Virus record (IMG/VR): IMGVR_UViG_3300005289_000016
Location: 186,001 to 250,000 of that record
DNA: 64,000 bases
Strand: one strand, 5' to 3'
Below are positions 62,629-64,000 of the stretch, piece after piece (the first letter of the stretch is position 1; the number at the start of each line of letters is the position of its first letter). The translations under genes were made by a program, and so were the position numbers. Under the pieces are notes generated by a model. That model worked only from the letters and a program-made list of their open reading frames with translations. It did not search any database and was not told where the DNA came from.

Positions 62629-63692
62629 TACCAGTTCGCTCCCTTGACGCAGTCCTTCAGGACGTCGACTTGTTCCGACAGGATGTACCGCACGAGGTTC
62701 TCGTCGTACTTGCCGGAGTCAGCGTTAGGCAGAGCCAGACGCTTGGCACCTTTGAACATGGTCAGCACCCGCTGCTTCAACACCTCAGGATCAAGGAGGT
62801 CTTCATCGGACGTGAGCAACTGATAGACCAGTCGAGTACGGCCCGCAGTCGGACCCTCGTCGCAATGATCCAACACGGTGATCAGTTCCAGAAGCAGGCC
62901 CTTGATCCACACGTCCGTTGGCTTGTTGTCGAACAAGTTCGGCTGGAGGAACATGGTGCTGTTCAGGTAGTGGAAGTTCAACGTACCTTCGAACACGCTC
63001 TGCCCATTGAGCAGGGTGTTCATGTCAGCACCGGCGAAGTCCCAGGCTTCCGGGTTGGCGATCTGACGACCCCATACGTCGAGAGCATCGTAGCCGTTGG
63101 CCAGCGCGATGCGACGCAGGATGTTCTTCAGAGTCTTTGGCAGCTTGCCCACACGGTTGTCGGTGAACAGACGCATGATGCGCCATTCCAGCGACAGCGA
63201 GTCTGGGTTTTCAGTAACCAGCTCACCGAACACTTCCTGATGAGGATCTTCGAACGCGAACAGTTCTTGAACGACCTGCTCGTTGATGGTCACTTCGTTC
63301 AGGATGTTGGTGGTCGGCTTGTGCATGTTCAGCAGCGACACCTGGAAGGTAGCCTTCTTGCAGAGCATGATCCAGCGGAACACGTCGATCGTGACGTTAG
63401 GCATTACTGCCTTGACCAACATGGTGTACAGGCGCAGGTAGGTCTGACCGTCGACGTAGACGAACACCTTGTCGTCTTGGCTGAAGATCTTGTCGAACAG
63501 GTCCTTGAACACATCGCCTTCAAGCGCGTCCAGAGACACCGCATAGCCAAGTTGCTCAGAACTCTCCTCGTACTCCGCCGGGTGATACTCAAAGCCCACA
63601 CGTGGACTGATGGTGGCGTACGGAATACGCTTACGTGAGATACGGGATTCGATCTCGACGTAGATTCGGTCACGCAGATGGTACATGTTCAA
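62628..63692 (-). CDS. hypothetical protein of the cassette (354 aa)
   Basis: Stop/start overlap with the radical-SAM gene; GGAGA RBS; no recognised motif. Confidence 0.78.
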   Translation of the reverse strand: MNMYHLRDRIYVEIESRISRKRIPYATISPRVGFEYHPAEYEESSEQLGYAVSLDALEGDVFKDLFDKIFSQDDKVFVYVDGQTYLRLYTMLVKAVMPNVTIDVFRWIMLCKKATFQVSLLNMHKPTTNILNEVTINEQVVQELFAFEDPHQEVFGELVTENPDSLSLEWRIMRLFTDNRVGKLPKTLKNILRRIALANGYDALDVWGRQIANPEAWDFAGADMNTLLNGQSVFEGTLNFHYLNSTMFLQPNLFDNKPTDVWIKGLLLELITVLDHCDEGPTAGRTRLVYQLLTSDEDLLDPEVLKQRVLTMFKGAKRLALPNADSGKYDENLVRYILSEQVDVLKDCVKGANW

Positions 63693-63999
63693 TCTCCTTG
63701 ACCGTCTTGTTCATCTGCTCAACAAGAGCATTGAACTGTTCAGGGACTTCCTGACCGATCAAGGCCATGAAGAAAGGGTTGTTCTGGTGAGCGAAGAACG
63801 CAAACAGGTTGGCCCCAGCGAAGCAGTATTCGTTGAAGAACAACTTGTTCCAGTTCCAATCGCTCTCTTCGATGCCCATGCAGACCAACGGGAAGTTGTC
63901 ATGAGCAATCAACTTGACGAAGTTCAGACCTACGAGGCCTTCTTCTTCATCTTGCGGGTAGTTCAGGACTTCTGACTTGAGGTCTTCTTTGCACTGGAA
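63670..63999 (-). CDS. 3' part of a cassette gene that starts beyond the window
   Basis: Frame open from the window edge (FQCKEDLKSEVLNYPQ...KEIEHVPSA); the 80-aa track ORF is its internal part. Confidence 0.7.
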   Translation of the reverse strand, partial: FQCKEDLKSEVLNYPQDEEEGLVGLNFVKLIAHDNFPLVCMGIEESDWNWNKLFFNEYCFAGANLFAFFAHQNNPFFMALIGQEVPEQFNALVEQMNKTVKEIEHVPSA

Positions 64000-64000
64000 G

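Noticed and set aside
1-64000. tRNA, rRNA, integrase or transposase genes
   Set aside because: No cloverleaf with T-loop consensus and no recombinase motifs were recognised by eye; tRNAscan-SE would be needed to exclude tRNAs fully.

Overview
This 64 kb window comes from a phiKZ-like (nucleus-forming type, Chimalliviridae-like) jumbo phage, most likely infecting Pseudomonas. The assignment rests on the conserved block DnaB-like helicase, small conserved gene, major capsid protein with S/A-x-E propeptide sites, conserved gene, split RNAP beta subunit, followed by RuvC, a tail/baseplate paralog cluster and a portal-like protein; the host inference rests on a near-copy of the Pseudomonas regulator AmrZ. 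Also present are nrdA/nrdB, dCTP deaminase, an SF2 helicase, DHH, DEDD and CYTH enzymes, an ATP-grasp protein, a spanin pair and a modular endolysin. The most striking element is a minus-strand cassette of about 10 kb at 54135-64000 that runs off the window edge. It encodes five radical-SAM(-like) Fe-S proteins (three canonical, two with shared non-canonical motifs), three tandem HxH-type 2OG-Fe(II)-like oxygenases and several unknown proteins, and it ends in a gene overlapping the endolysin. It looks like a multi-enzyme peptide/protein (or small-molecule) modification pathway with an unknown substrate. Other notable signals are the AmrZ mimic with a swapped C-terminal domain, a recurring TWTGYCG/CGRCATA motif beside terminator hairpins, a repeated early-promoter-like motif, a candidate structured ncRNA of about 440 nt, and Asp-Pro repeat tails shared by the portal and a head protein. 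No tRNA or CRISPR array was recognised. All family assignments come from motifs read by eye; no searches were run.
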